A stretch of 64,000 bases of DNA from contig CP060756.1 of the NCBI GenBank assembly GCA_023205875.1, positions 620,001 through 684,000 of the forward strand. The letters run 5' to 3'. The notes under the pieces were generated by a model, which worked only from the letters and a program-made list of their open reading frames with translations, was not told where the DNA came from and did no database searches. The stretch is from Chloropicon primus. Taxonomy: Eukaryota. The stretch's first letter is position 1, and each line of letters begins with the position of its first letter. Position numbers and translations under genes: made by a program. This document shows, one piece after another, positions 11,049 through 23,738 of this stretch.

Positions 11049-12443
11049 GTGTTGCGGCGTCCTGGAGTGCGTCGGCTGACCGTGCTCGGCTTGATGTTGT
11101 TGCTGTTGAGAGGGAGGGTGCTGAGGAGGAGCACTTTGGGAGCTGGAGCTGGGAAGAGGGAGGATTGGAGGATCAGCAGGTTGGGGGGAAGGAGGGGAAT
11201 GGTGGGAGGGAGGACCACGGGTGGACCGATGAGGGCGGCAATGACGTGGGAGCAGCTGGATGCCCACGTGGAGAAGACGGGGCTGCTGGCGGGAGACCGC
11301 GTGAACGGGCCAACGAACGCACAGGCGAGGCTCAGGCTCTTCGGCGGGGACGAGGACGCCGTGAGGGTGACCTTGTACCGGGACAACCACGCTTGGTGCC
11401 CTTACTGCCAGAAGGTCTGGCTGTGGCTGGAGGAGAAGCGAGTGCCGTACCGCATAGAGAAGGTGACGATGTTCTGCTACGGGGAGAAGGAGGCCTGGTA
11501 CAAGAGGAAGGTGCCTTCCGGGATGCTCCCGGCGCTCGAGATCGACGGCCGCCTGTACACGGAGAGCGACGTGATCCTGTCGGAGCTCGAACGAGCTTTC
11601 GGGCCGCTGCACAAGGGCATGTCCGACCCGGCCGTCGTGCCCCTACGGAGGCTGGAGAGGACCCTCTTCTCCGCTTGGTGCCAGTGGCTCTGCTCCCCGA
11701 ACTGGTTCCCTGGGGAGGAGAAGCGGGCCCGGCAAAACTTCGAGCGGGTGGTGTCGATGGTGGAGGAGGCCCTCTCGTCCACGCCCGGTGGATTCTTCCT
11801 GGAGGAGTTCTCGACGGCGGATGCCGTGTTCACCCCTTACGTGGAGCGGATGAACGCCAGCCTCTTCTATTACAAGGGCTACCTCCTGCGCGATCCGGAG
11901 CAGAACCCCAACATGGCGAGGTGGTTTGACGCGATGGAGACGCGCGAGACGTACCGTGGGACCCAAAGCGACTTCCATACCCACTCGCACGATCTGCCAC
12001 CTCAAATGGGCGGCTGCTACGAGAACAATGAGCCGGAGCAGCAGAGCTGCAAGTCTCTGGTGGACTGTGGGCCGTGGGCGGACGTTCCTGACGTTGGCTT
12101 TGCGGAGCCTTCCACGGCAGCGGACGAGGCAGTTGCCCGCACGGTGAAGCACCGCGCCAACATCGTGCGAGCCAACCCGTGCGAGGACGACGTTGCGGAC
12201 GAGGCCCTGCGCTGCGCCCTCACGGGTCTGGTGAACGGCGAGCTAGTGACCCCGCCGTCTGGAGGGGATGTGGCCCTGCGATACATTCGTGACCGCGTCA
12301 ACGTGCCCCGGGACATGTCGCTGCACGCCGCCCGGCGCATGAGAACGGCGCTGGAGGCCACCGCCGCGCTGGCCGGCAGCGGAGAGGGGCCTCCCATTCC
12401 CACCTCGCACCGCAGGGACCAGGATCCTCGCGCGTTCCAATAA
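11049..12443 (+). CDS. Glutathione S-transferase family protein with CPYC active site (cyanobacterial/algal type); start uncertain (first ATG 11199)
   Basis: [59 protein letters not shown]-terminal [14 protein letters not shown]. Confidence 0.85.
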   Translation: MLRRPGVRRLTVLGLMLLLLRGRVLRRSTLGAGAGKREDWRISRLGGRRGMVGGRTTGGPMRAAMTWEQLDAHVEKTGLLAGDRVNGPTNAQARLRLFGGDEDAVRVTLYRDNHAWCPYCQKVWLWLEEKRVPYRIEKVTMFCYGEKEAWYKRKVPSGMLPALEIDGRLYTESDVILSELERAFGPLHKGMSDPAVVPLRRLERTLFSAWCQWLCSPNWFPGEEKRARQNFERVVSMVEEALSSTPGGFFLEEFSTADAVFTPYVERMNASLFYYKGYLLRDPEQNPNMARWFDAMETRETYRGTQSDFHTHSHDLPPQMGGCYENNEPEQQSCKSLVDCGPWADVPDVGFAEPSTAADEAVARTVKHRANIVRANPCEDDVADEALRCALTGLVNGELVTPPSGGDVALRYIRDRVNVPRDMSLHAARRMRTALEATAALAGSGEGPPIPTSHRRDQDPRAFQ

Positions 12444-12556
12444 CCAAAGATAACGTCCGTCGTCGTGGAGTGGATCACAAAATAGTTATGAAGCATCATT
12501 AGAAAGCTGCACCGGATCTTGAAACAACGCGAACTCGCTGGGGAGCCGCTCTGCTC

Positions 12557-13683
12557 TTAGTAGGGGATAAGGAGCCCGTCCTCGCAATTAATGAATGGCG
12601 CCCCAGACTCGAGCAACCCGACCCTTCCGATCTCATGCATCACGCGCTTGGCACCCACGCTGCACTCCACGGCGCCTTCGATGTCCCAGATGTGCTCGTA
12701 CTTCTTGGTCATCCCCGTGCGGTTGAAACCGGGGTGAAGGTTCGCGACAGCGATGCCCTTTGGCCTCAACTCCTCAGCCATCAGCACACCGCACATGTTT
12801 GCGGCCGCCTTGCACATGTGGTGCCCATAATCGCCGCCCTTGTTCGCATTCTGCACCTGCCTCCACAAGGCGCTCCCGCCCTGGGAGGTGATATTGATCA
12901 CTTTCCCTCCAGGCTGCTTGAGGCAGCCCTTGTTCACCAGCGCGGCCGTGACACGGAGAGGACCCACGGCACAAATATCGTCTGGTGGAGCCAAGACGGA
13001 CAGCAAGAACGAGCAAAGCAAAGACACGGTCAGTCTCGATGCACGAGCATATGGCGGGTAGGCTTAGGGGAGGCCAGAAAGCCAGAGAGCCTTCGAAGGC
13101 TGCGTTGCGTTTACTCACACTGCTTGAGGTTCTCCTCAAAGTTCAGTCCGTTGGTGAAGTCGTCGCTAACATCCGGAAAGTACCCCGCGTTGTTGATGAG
13201 AACGTCGATAGGGTCCTTCCCTTGGAGAGCGGAAGCGAGGGCCTCGCAGGCCTCGTTGCTGGTCACCTCGACGCCGTCCACAATCTCGACGTTCTCGATC
13301 GCCTCCAACTCCTTCGAAGCCTTCCTGCAGGCCCCGATGACGACTGCGCCACACCTCGCCGCCTCCTGCGCCAGGGACAAGCCGATGCCACGGTTCGCTC
13401 CCGTGACCAGAACCCTCGCGCCCTTCATCCAGCTCGGGTCGTACACCGAGTCGATGTCAAGCACGCGCTTGGAACCGCTCGCTTTCGCCTCCCCAAACCG
13501 CTTCACTTGGTCGGGCTCGGTGAACCCTGTTGCCGGAGGCTGCGCAGCCGCGCCTTTCACACCACCAGCGTTTGCCGCCACCATCTCCCTCCTTCCCCTT
13601 CCTGCCGGTACCTTCTGCCTCTGCCCTACGAGCTGCCCCCCTTGGTGGATCCTCAGCCTCCTCAACGCAACGACCTGCCTCAT
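12557..13683 (-). CDS. Short-chain dehydrogenase/reductase (CsgA-like); 2 exons (13119-13683, 12557-12981)
   Basis: VLVTGANRGIGL, IDVLINNAG; splice joins KQ|YDICAVGPLRV; INITSQGGS, YGHHMCKAA, LHPG. Confidence 0.85.
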
Positions 13684-14077
13684 CCTTGCGCGCGCCACGT
13701 GCTGCTGGTGCAGATTGAGCTGAGCTCCTGCTTCCCAAGGAGGAGGGAGGGGATGGTGATGATGATGGGTGATGATGGCGGGGAAGGAGGGGGACGGTGG
13801 TGGGAGGACGAAGGACAATAAATTCATGCTCCTCTCCCTCTTTCCAAAGAACTCTCGCTTGATGGGGTAACCGGGAAAGAAGGTCATTGATCATCACTGA
13901 TCAGGCCAAGGGGGGAGGAAGGGATGGATCGGGGGAAAGAGTATGGTTTCCTTTGGGGTGGGGGTGGGGATGAATTACTGTTTGTGTTATTTTTCTTCTT
14001 CTTCTTCTTAATAATGGAATGGTCAGCGACGATGGTGGTGGCGGCGGCGGTGACACGCACACACACTCCTACTACTA

Positions 14078-15624
14078 CTACTGGAAGTCTTCTTGCGCGT
14101 GCTCCAGGAGGTAGTTCGCGGCCAGGGACTCGTTCTTGTCGCAAGCGAAGAAGGCCTCGATGCAGAGAGCCCTGTCGAAACCCATAGCCTCCAACCTGTC
14201 GATGGATTCCTTCTCCTCGGGAGTTACACTGACGACGTTCTGAGGCACTTCCCCACCTTCCATACCAGGGACCCTGGGGCCGCCAGCCCCGGCTCCTCCG
14301 CCCTCCATGGACTCGTTCAGCATCCTGAGAAAATCGCCCTGGTTGCTGTTAATGAGCTGAAGCAGCTGGGGGTTCTGCTTTCCGAGCTCCTGGAGCATCG
14401 GCTGCAAGATCTGTGGGTTTGCCTGAACCATCTGCCTCAGGGCTTGGAACTGGGGGTTGTTCCTCAGGAAACTCAGCTCGGACTGGGCTTGGGCTCCTGG
14501 GGAGCCGCCCGCGCCGGCTCCGTCCCCGCCACCTGGGCTCGAGCCTGGGATGCCTTGGGGGAACATGTTCAAGGGCTGTGTGGTTGGGCCCCCCGCGCCC
14601 GCCTCCTCCGGAGAGGGGGTCGGCTGTGCCGGCTGTGCCGCGTCCCCGCCAGCGGCCGCGGCAGCAGGTGGCGGAGGCGCCTGAGCCTGCTCAGGAATAC
14701 CGCTCATGAGGTACTCCACCGCCCTGTCCGGGTTGTTGTAGGCCGCTCTCATCGCCTTCACAACGAGTTCCTTGTCAAAACCCATGTCGCAAATCATCTG
14801 GACCGACGACTCCAAAGCAGAGCCCGTGGCGAGATTACTTGCCGAGTTCTGGTACGCCGTCGCCGCGGGCGAGCCGGTCTCCTCGGCCTGCCCCTCCGAA
14901 GTATCCATAGGGACGGGCACGCCTTCGGCGGGTGGGCTCGCTTTGGGCGGCGTTGCCTCGGCCGGTTTGCTCTCCTCCTTGACAGGCTTCGCCTCCTCCT
15001 TGGGCTCTGCCGGCGCCTGAATCGTTGAGAGAGGGGACACGCGAAACAGAACGTCCAAGAAACAGAGGAATCGTCAGCAAGTGGAAGACCCGCAGTAGAG
15101 CGACGAGCCCCCACGTGGCCACGGAGCACTTACAGCTTCCTTCTTCGCTGGTGCTTTCCCCTTCAGCACGGTGACGACCATGAAGCCATCCTCAGTGATG
15201 TTGTTGTCCTTCAGGGACGTCCCGTCGTTGAGGACCTTGCCCTTGTAGACGAGAACCTGCTCAAAACAGACAAAGAAGAAAGAGCACACAGTGTGTGTGT
15301 GTGAGTGAGTGAACTGGTCGCGGCAAGGAAAGGCCTCCGCGGGACAAGGGAGCATCGCTGAGCGGCGCCACGCACGGCGCCTTCGATTGAGACCCCCGAT
15401 GCTTGAGTGAGCCTCCTCTCGAACCCTCGGGAGCACGCCCAAACCCAACCAAAGCAGTAAGAAGAACAAAAGAGAGAAGAAAAAAAAGTACCTACCTGAC
15501 GGTCCTTGGGGAAGTTCGCTCCCTGCGAGTCCGCGATCTTCTCCTTCACGGACGCAATCGTCACCGACTCGTCGAGCTCGAGGGCGAAGCTCGTCCCCGT
15601 CACAGTCTTCAGACTAACTTTCAT
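14078..15624 (-). CDS. RAD23: UV excision repair/ubiquitin receptor RAD23 (UBL-UBA-XPCB-UBA), 3 exons
   Basis: UBL MKVSLKTVTG...QVLVYKGKVL; UBA1 ICDMGFD..AMRAAYNNPDRAVEYL; XPC-binding LRNNPQFQALRQMVQANPQIL; UBA2 IDRLEAMGFDR..CDKNESLAANYLL. Confidence 0.95.
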
Positions 15625-15818
15625 CCCGTCCCGTCCGTTTCCTCTTCCTCGATCCAACACAAAACCTCGAACGATCGTACGATGATGATTTGTTGATGAC
15701 TTGATCGAACGATCGATCAAAAGGGAGAAAGGATATCCGTCCGTCTGTCTGTCTGCTGTCTCCCCGATGAGTGACTCGCAGATCCTTCCCTTCCCACGAC
15801 GACGCTACCTTCCCTCTC

Positions 15819-15859
<41 letters not shown>

Positions 15860-16171
15860 CGCGCGCCGAGTCCCTCGCTCCTTCTGTCGAGGGCTTCCCC
15901 TTCCCTCTCTCTCTCTCTCTCTCTGCTGCGGAAATTGTCAGAGCCAAGGGGACTGGGCTGGGAACGAGGCTCCCTTGTGAGGCGAGGGGCGCGAGATTGG
16001 ACGCGGGATCTTGATCACACGATAGTACGAGTCGAGACCTTTCGTTTGACACCGGACTTGCCGCGAATGACGAAGGGAAGGTGTGGTGGACCTTACGATT
16101 GATCTGACAAAGTGACGTCGTGACGGAGGAAGCCTCGGCCTGAGAGAGGGGGGGCGAAGGAAGGGAGAGGA

Positions 16172-16711
16172 ATGGGTGCAGGGAATTCCATGGCGACGTG
16201 GCCGCCGGAGGGGAACAAGCTTCCGTTGGCGACTTTCGCGGCCGGATGCTTCTGGGGCGTGGAACTGAGGTTCCAGCGCGTGGAGGGGGTGGAGAAGACT
16301 GCCGTGGGGTACATCCAGGGCGAGGTGGAGAGCCCGACGTACGAGTTGGTCTGCAGTGGGATGACCGGACACACCGAGGCGGTTCAGATGACGTACGACC
16401 CGAGCGTCGTGACCTTTGGAGAGCTGTGCGACGTGTTCTACGCGGGCCACAACCCGAAGCAGAAGAACGGACAGGGGGGCGACGTGGGAACTCAGTACAG
16501 GAGTGGGATCTACTACCACGACGAGGAGCAGAAGAAGGTCGCGGAGGAGAAGAAGGCCCAGATCGAGGGGGCGGTCACCGAGGTCCAGGCCGCCGCCAAG
16601 TTCTGGCCCGCGGAGGAGTACCACCAGCAGTACTTGGAGAAGGGTGGGAGGTATGGCTCCGGGCAGTCGGCCGCGAAACGTTGCACCGATCCGATTCGGT
16701 GCTATGGTTAG
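16172..16711 (+). CDS. msrA: Peptide methionine sulfoxide reductase A
   Basis: GCFWGVE active site, GHTEAV, GTQYRSGIY, AEEYHQQYL. Confidence 0.96.
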   Translation: MGAGNSMATWPPEGNKLPLATFAAGCFWGVELRFQRVEGVEKTAVGYIQGEVESPTYELVCSGMTGHTEAVQMTYDPSVVTFGELCDVFYAGHNPKQKNGQGGDVGTQYRSGIYYHDEEQKKVAEEKKAQIEGAVTEVQAAAKFWPAEEYHQQYLEKGGRYGSGQSAAKRCTDPIRCYG

Positions 16712-16775
16712 AGACAAAAGGCTTCCCGAGCTGGTCTAAAAAGCTTAAACAAAGTAAATCCTTAATGTAGAAAAG

Positions 16776-18263
16776 TTACAACCCGCTAAGTAACCTGTCC
16801 ACGGCCGCGTTGACGTTCCCCCCAACCTGGCTCAGAGCTCTGATGTTGGCCTGCTGGTCGTGGAAGCCCATCTCCTGCAGCTGGGTCAGCTGTGATGCGT
16901 AGAGCTCCTCCGGTGGAACGTTCGGGGTTGGATTGGTGTTCGCCGCCGCGGCGCCGGCACCGGGAAATCCACCGAAGCCTTCCATGGACGACGGAAACGC
17001 GGGCATCAAACCACTCGACTGGAGCTGCTGCATGGCCTGCTGCATCTGCATCATGGCACGGATGTTGGCAGGGTCGGCCATCTGCCTCAGGAAGTTGGGG
17101 TCCTGGGCTGCCTGCTGCATCATCCTGTTCAGGCCGGCTGCCTGCTGAGGGTTCAGATTCCCTAGGCCACCGAGGCCGCCACCGAGAGCAGCAAAAGGGT
17201 TTGCCCCGGGCTGCTGAGATCCGTTGTTGTTGTCGTTGCCGCCGCCGTTGCTGTTGCTGTTCTGCTGATCAGTGGCCTGAGATGGCGGGGCCCAAGGGTT
17301 GGGCAACGGAGAGGTGTTCGGGTTGTTCCCCGACCCGGCACTCTGGTTCCTCAGCGCCGCAAAGGGGTTGTTGTTATTAGCGGCCCCCGTCGCGCCCTGG
17401 TTTGGATTCGATCCGGCCTGCTGGTTCGACTGCGACCTCGGGTTCGTCGTAGCGTTCATCAGGGGCTCCTGGAAGTTCTCGTACATTCTCCTCAGGGTGT
17501 TGAAACCCTCAGGAAGGCTCTCGAGATTGCTCATCGCCCTGTCCGTGGTCCGCATCTGCTCACGCATCAGATCGGGGTTTCTGGCAATTTCGAACGTCTG
17601 CCTCAGCGTCTCCGGGTCGCTCATGACGTGCCTTAGCTCCGGATTCCGGTCCATGACCTCCCTGAGCTGCGGGTTCGTCTCAATGACTGACCTAATAATG
17701 TCAGGATTGCTCAACATGTTCTGCATCATGGGGGAGTTCATCATCTCCTGCATCATAGCCGGGTTCCTCATCATCTCCTGCTCCATCCTTTGCGGGTCGA
17801 AGCCACCCGCGCCGCCCATGCCACCCATCGATCCGAACCCGCCCATGCCACCCAAGCCCCCGAGGCCTCCGAGGCCTCCCATGCCACCAAGTCCTCCCAT
17901 GCCTCCCAGACCGCCGAAGGGGTTGGCCGCGTTCGTGTTCGCGTTCGTGTTCGTGTTCGTGTTCGCGTTCGTGTTCGCGTTCGGCGCTGGGTTCGCCGGG
18001 CTGCTTTGCCGTGGGGAGACCATCCCCTTGACCAAGTGGATCGTGTGGCTCGGCTTTATCGAGTAAGACTCGAGTGTCTTTTCATCTTTCAAGACGTGTC
18101 CCTGATAGATCAACCTCTGCCTCTCCGGCGCGATGCCCTTGGTCTGCTCGCACTCGTCGCAGAGCTTCGTCTTCAGCGCCGAGACGAGCATGTCCCCCGT
18201 CACTTGAACAGGAAACGTCCCGCCAGTCGTCTGACGTATGTTCACCTCAAAGGCCTCGGCCAT
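16776..18263 (-). CDS. DSK2: Ubiquilin/DSK2 (UBL, STI1-like repeats, UBA)
   Basis: [41 protein letters not shown]1 repeats; [46 protein letters not shown]. Confidence 0.93.
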   Translation of the reverse strand: MAEAFEVNIRQTTGGTFPVQVTGDMLVSALKTKLCDECEQTKGIAPERQRLIYQGHVLKDEKTLESYSIKPSHTIHLVKGMVSPRQSSPANPAPNANTNANTNTNTNANTNAANPFGGLGGMGGLGGMGGLGGLGGLGGMGGFGSMGGMGGAGGFDPQRMEQEMMRNPAMMQEMMNSPMMQNMLSNPDIIRSVIETNPQLREVMDRNPELRHVMSDPETLRQTFEIARNPDLMREQMRTTDRAMSNLESLPEGFNTLRRMYENFQEPLMNATTNPRSQSNQQAGSNPNQGATGAANNNNPFAALRNQSAGSGNNPNTSPLPNPWAPPSQATDQQNSNSNGGGNDNNNGSQQPGANPFAALGGGLGGLGNLNPQQAAGLNRMMQQAAQDPNFLRQMADPANIRAMMQMQQAMQQLQSSGLMPAFPSSMEGFGGFPGAGAAAANTNPTPNVPPEELYASQLTQLQEMGFHDQQANIRALSQVGGNVNAAVDRLLSGL

Positions 18264-18887
18264 GTTCAAACCCACAAAAAAAAAAAAGCGAAGCGACCAA
18301 AAGCAACCACAAGTCCTTCCCCTCCCCTCTCGAGAAGAAGAAGAAGAAACGACAAGGACGCAAACTCCGTCCCGCTGCCTGGCCTCTACCTCGTCTTCTC
18401 CCTCCCTCTCTCTCTCCCCCTCTCAAAACTCTGCCTCTGTGTCTCCGCTCCCTTGAGGTTGAAAAAGAATGCTTCAGTCCATTACGGTTCGACTCCGAGG
18501 TCCAACCTCATCAAGCGAGTGCTCTTTCGAAAGAGGAAGAGACGCTCTATCGTTCTCCGCCTTCTTCCCCCGCGTCCGCTCCTTTCCCCGCCCTCCAACT
18601 CGAGTTCAACTCACTCACCTCGTCCTCGTCCGCCTTCGCGATCGCTCGATTGATTGCTGATCAAAAACCGCCATTCGATTCTTCGCGCCGTCGGAGAGGA
18701 GAGCGACGACGACGACGACGACGACGAGTGAGGACGAGGAGGAGGTGTGAGAGGGCTTCACTTGTTCGCGAACTTGGGTGCATTCGCTCATTCATTCATC
18801 CGTGCGTGCGTGCGTGCGTGCGTTCCATTGCGCGACGACACGGCTTGAGGTTTTGAGGAGGAAGGGTAAAAGAAAAACCAAGCAAAC

Positions 18888-19418
18888 ATGGTGAAACTTG
18901 TGAGGTAAGGTCTCGGTCTCTCCCTGGATTGATCTCTCCCTCTCTCTCTCTCTCTCTGGACTCTTACCTCTGCTTGGAGAGGAGGAGACTGCGGTGGAAT
19001 GGCGTGTCGGGCTTTGCCAGGTTTTGCGTCGTCGGACTGACGGGAAGTTTTGCTTTGTTTCCTTTGCTTTGTGTCACCTAGATTTTTGATGAAGTTGAGC
19101 AACGAGTCCGTGACGATCGAGCTGAAGAACGGCACGGTGGTTGCTGGAACGATAAAGGGCGTGGACATCGCGATGAACACGCACCTGAAAAAGGTCAAGG
19201 TGACGCCTAAGGGGAGCAAGACCCTCTCCTTTGACCACCTGAGCGTCAGGGGATCGACCATTAGGTACTTTCTCCTGCCGGACAACTTGAACTTGGACAC
19301 CCTCCTCGTGGACTTGGAAGATCCAAAGCAGAAGCCTGCCAAGGACTCCGGAAGGCCCGGAGGCATGGGAAGAGGAAGAGGCAGGGGAAGGGGAAGGGGA
19401 AGGGGTAGGGGGGGATGA
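18888..19418 (+). CDS. SmD1: Small nuclear ribonucleoprotein Sm D1; 2 exons (18888-18904, 19082-19418)
   Basis: [48 protein letters not shown]-terminal RG repeats. Confidence 0.95.
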
Positions 19419-19675
19419 GTTGGGAAGGTTGCTCGCGAGTGACCGGTACCGCGACGGTGGAAACGGTAGGCACTGCTGCTGCTTGGTGTCCTTTGGAGAA
19501 GGGGGAAGATGGCCTGGCGTGAAAGTAGGGGGGTGAGGGACCACCCGCGTGTACTCTATATAAATTTGATCACGGCGAAGTCTGAGTATGTCAAACAAAG
19601 AACACCACAAAGTTATACTTACAAACATAAAAAACAAGAACAAAAAACGGGTTTCGGACCGAGGCTTGCTTCTCC

Positions 19676-21038
19676 TCAGCCCCCGAAGCCTCCCTTCTTC
19701 TTGGCGCCGGCTTTCTTGGCGCCAGACTTCACCGAACCCTTGAACTTCGCCTTCTTGGCCTTTGATTTTTTGGGAACAACCTTTGCGATGTTCGGCGCCC
19801 CCGCAGCACTGGGCTTTCCGAAAGAGAACTCCGGGATGGCGGCCTTGGAGGCCGCGGCAGCGGCCTGCTGCTTCGTTACCCCCGCCTTGCTCATCACTTG
19901 TCCCAGGCCCTCGCTTTGCTCCCTCAGCCTCGTCTGCTTCCTCTGGTGCTTGTTCTCCTTGTTGATGTGCACCGCCAGGATGGGGCGCTCCTCCGTGCCC
20001 CTGTTCTGACCTGGCAAGACGGCGCGTCGTGTGTGTCAGTGGCGAGAAGCGCGTCAAGGAAAAACGAAAGAAAGAGCACCCGGGCGCAGACTTACCCCCC
20101 CTGTGTATCATGGACGCGTCGTAGAGAGTCAGGACGCCGGGATCGGCGACCATGTGGACCACCGGCGGAGTCAGCCCCGCCTCGATGATGTTCTTCGCCA
20201 CCCCGACGTTGTTCCCTAGGATCGGTCTCAGCGTGTTCCACGCAAACTCGTGGGCCATCGTGAGGCGGTCGTACATCATCTTGATCTCCGTGGTGAGCTC
20301 CGACAGGACCTCTGCCATCTCGTCCTGGGACTCCCCTGGGGGCTGGTTCGACAGGTGCTTCATCCACTGCATGTAGGCCCTCGGCGTGGGCCTGGGCTGA
20401 ATCTCCGTGGGCCCGTTCATCGCCCCGATGGGCACGAGAGAGATCTGGGCCGTGATGCCCTCGCCGTCAAAGTGCCAGCCCTGGGGCGCGCCCCCCGGGG
20501 CCGCGGTGACGACCTCCGCGAGCATGAGGTTGGGGTAGCCAAACCCGTCGCAAACCGGGCGCCAGCTCGATTCGTCGCCGTGGAAGATAGCCCTCTCGAT
20601 GAAGGGAACCCTCTCCTTGATCGTCTTCGTCGTCGCCAGCTGCTCATCGCTCATCCCGTCGCCCGCAATCCACAGCGTGTACCTGTCACTCGGCGAGTCC
20701 TGCGCGAACGCGGTCCTCCGAATGCCGTGCTCCCTCGCCTCCCTGAGGAGGGTGTCCACCTCCCCCGGGCTCAGCAAGCTCGGGATCCGGACGATCCCCC
20801 ACTTCCCGAACACCGCGGGGGCCTCCGCCACGGAGGGCGCGGTCACCAGCTCCATGAACGCCTTCTGGTCCACGGGAAGCGTGGCCCCGTCCGGCCCGAG
20901 GCTGAGGTCCGTCGCCACCGCCCGCGGCGCCACGGTCACTGCTTCGCGGGGACTCCTCCGCGTTGGCCCCAATCCCAGAGGTCTTGATAGTTCACACGGC
21001 CTCGGGGGACCCCCGATTCCTCCCCTTGGCCCCCTCAC

Positions 21039-21041
<3 letters not shown>
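19676..21041 (-). CDS. Phytanoyl-CoA dioxygenase (PhyH)-like 2OG-Fe(II) oxygenase with Lys-rich tail; intron at ~20010-20095; start uncertain
   Basis: GAPQGWHFD (HxD), NGPTEI, LYDASMIHRG|..NR..ERPIL; GTAAGT donor after HRG. Confidence 0.65.
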
Positions 21042-21088
<47 letters not shown>

Positions 21089-21430
21089 AATCGTCACAGC
21101 AAAAGTGCAACAGCCCGGACAAAACCTGACCCTCTCCCGGCTTTGAGTTCGGAATATCAGAAGAGTTTCAGTTTCCCCAAAAAGTTCTGATTTCGCAGCA
21201 CACGGGTCACCGCCTCCACCCCAGCCTCCCTCGCCCACAACAACACCCACAACAAACTCCCTCTCCTCTCTCCTCTCTGCCTCTCTCTGTCGAGTGCGCC
21301 TCCGTTGCTTCCGCTCGTCGTGCGATGCCGAGCGAGCGATTTAGAGAACAAGCGAACGAATGAAGGAGCGGATCCACTCCGCACTCCTCCCCCCTTTGCC
21401 TCTCTCGGTTGCCTCCGACCAAGGGAGCCA

Positions 21431-21461
<31 letters not shown>

Positions 21462-21768
21462 GTCTGTTTTTGGATAAGGTAGGTATTAGGTGTATGACAT
21501 CCTTGTTTGGTGTAATGATATACAAAACTAAAACGTGGAAAAGCCTCGGTCTCGTTGTCGATCGAGGGTGATGATGAGGTAACTGTTTGACAAGGTTTTT
21601 CGCCAAGGGGACGACGCGGGGAGCACGGTTGGGGGATACAGTGCGAGGCTACGTCTCGTGAGCTTTGGTTTGACACCTCAGTTGAAGATTTTGGCGGGCG
21701 GAGTGCTCGAGGAGGTTGGGGAGAAGGGTGAGGGGGGGTAGGGATTCAGGTTTTTTGTGGAGGGGAGT

Positions 21769-23546
21769 ATGGGTGACCAGGAGATGGCGCAAGAAGAGGG
21801 GCCTTCCTCGTCCAAGGGGAGGGAGGAGGGTGCGAGCGTCCAGCCACGAGGGGGCGAAGCGAACGCGGGAGCCCAGGCCATGAGCACGGATATCTCGGGA
21901 CACGTCCAGCAGGGGGACTCCCTCCTCCTGAGTTATCGAATAAGCAGGACGCTTGGCTTTGGGTCCTTCGGGAAGGTCAAGATTGGGGAGCATATTCTCA
22001 CGGGGCACAAGGTGAGTTCTTCTGCGGGCTTCGGGGGAGCCTTCCCTCACTTCCTTTCCTCTCTCTCTCTCTCTTCTCTCTCCCTTCTCTCTCCCTTCTC
22101 TCGCTGTTGGCTGCTGGCATTTCCTCGCTTCGCCTCTTGTGCCCCCTCCGCGTTTCTGACTCTTCCCCTTTTACGCCAAATGCTTCTCTCTCTCTCTCTC
22201 TCTCCCTTTGTCCGCAGGTCGCCATCAAGGTCTTGAACCGGCTCAAGGTGAAGTCCATGGATATGGAGGAGAAGGTCCGCAGGGAAATAAAGATACTGAG
22301 GCTGTTCAGGCACCCGCACATCATCAAGCTGTACGAGGTGATAGAAACGAAGGAGGACATCTACCTGGTGATGGAGTACGTCAAGTCCGGGGAGCTCTTT
22401 GACTACATCGTGGAGAAGGGCAGACTGGTGGAGGACGAGGCCCGGCGGTTCTTCCAGCAGATCATCAGCGGAGTGGAGTACTGCCACAGGAACATGGTTG
22501 TCCACAGGGACCTGAAGCCGGAGAACCTGTTGCTTGACTCCAGGGGGAACATAAAGCTGGCCGATTTCGGTCTTAGCAACATCATGAGGGACGGGCACCT
22601 CCTCAAGACGAGTTGCGGGTCTCCCAACTACGCGGCCCCCGAAGTGATATCGGGAAAGCTGTACGCGGGCACGGAGGTGGACGTTTGGTCCTGCGGCGTG
22701 ATCCTCTACGCCCTGCTGTGCGGCAGCCTGCCCTTTGACGACGAGAACATCCCGAACTTGTTCAGAAAGATCAAGAACGGGCTCTTCAACCTGCCGAACC
22801 ACCTCTCGCCCCACTCGAGGGACCTCATCTCGAAGATGCTGATCGTGGACCCCCTCAAGCGGATCACCATTCCCGAGATCAGGCAGCACTTGTGGTTCGC
22901 GTACAACCTGCCGCGGTACCTCGCGGTTGGCCACCCCGAGACGGTCCTTTCGGCCCACTCCGTCGATGAGGATGTCCTGAAGGAGGTTGTGAGGCTTGGG
23001 TTTGACAGGGAGGCCGTGATCGAGTCGCTCAAGTGGAGGATCCCAGACAAGGCTGTTGTCACGTACTACCTCCTGCTCGATAACAGGCAGCACCCGGACG
23101 TTGGGTACATGGGGGCTCCCGCGGACATTAACGAGATCATCCCAAGCGTGCAGATGGGGGCTGGGGGGCCTGGCCACTGGACGGGCGGGCTCCAGAGGAG
23201 GCCCAGCGCTGCTGCCGCGGCCTTGATGCAGCAGAGGATCTTTGCGGAAAGGCACTGGACCTTGGGCACCCAGTCACGTAAGACGCCGGCGAACATCATG
23301 GAGTCCATCTACAGCGCCCTTGTGGCGACGAACGCGTGCTGGAAGAGGCTGGGGCCCTACATTCTCAAGGCAAGATACTCGCTAGGGAACGAGCCGGGAC
23401 AGGAGGAGCAGAAGAATGTTATCAAGATCGAAATTCAAGTGTACAAGCTCAAGGAAGAGTGCTGGCAAATCGATATACAAAAGCTCTCCGGAGGGGTGCT
23501 CCAGTACTTGGACTTGTGCAGCAAGCTCTTGAAGCACCTTTCGTAG
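21769..23546 (+). CDS. SnRK1: SNF1-related kinase SnRK1 catalytic alpha subunit; 2 exons (21769-22011, 22218-23546)
   Basis: LGFGSFGKVK..TGHK|VAIK, HRDLKPEN, DFGLSN..LKTSCGSPNYAAPE, UBA-like region and C-terminal KA1-like region. Confidence 0.95.
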
Positions 23547-23738
23547 GGCTCACGAGGATGCTTTACTGCTGACGGGGGAGGTGGTTTTTCGTATGCTTGA
23601 GAGAGCGAGTAGGAGTGGGAGCTGCAAGGAGTGGGAGCTGCACAAAGTGTTAGTTTGTCGAAAGTAAAATAATTATGATAAAATACAAACGGAATGGTAT
23701 CCTCCAAAAGATTTGGTTTTACAAAAACAATAAATGCC

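Noticed and set aside
16172..16711. Possible selenoprotein MsrA
   Set aside because: The active-site codon is TGC (Cys) and there is no in-frame TGA.
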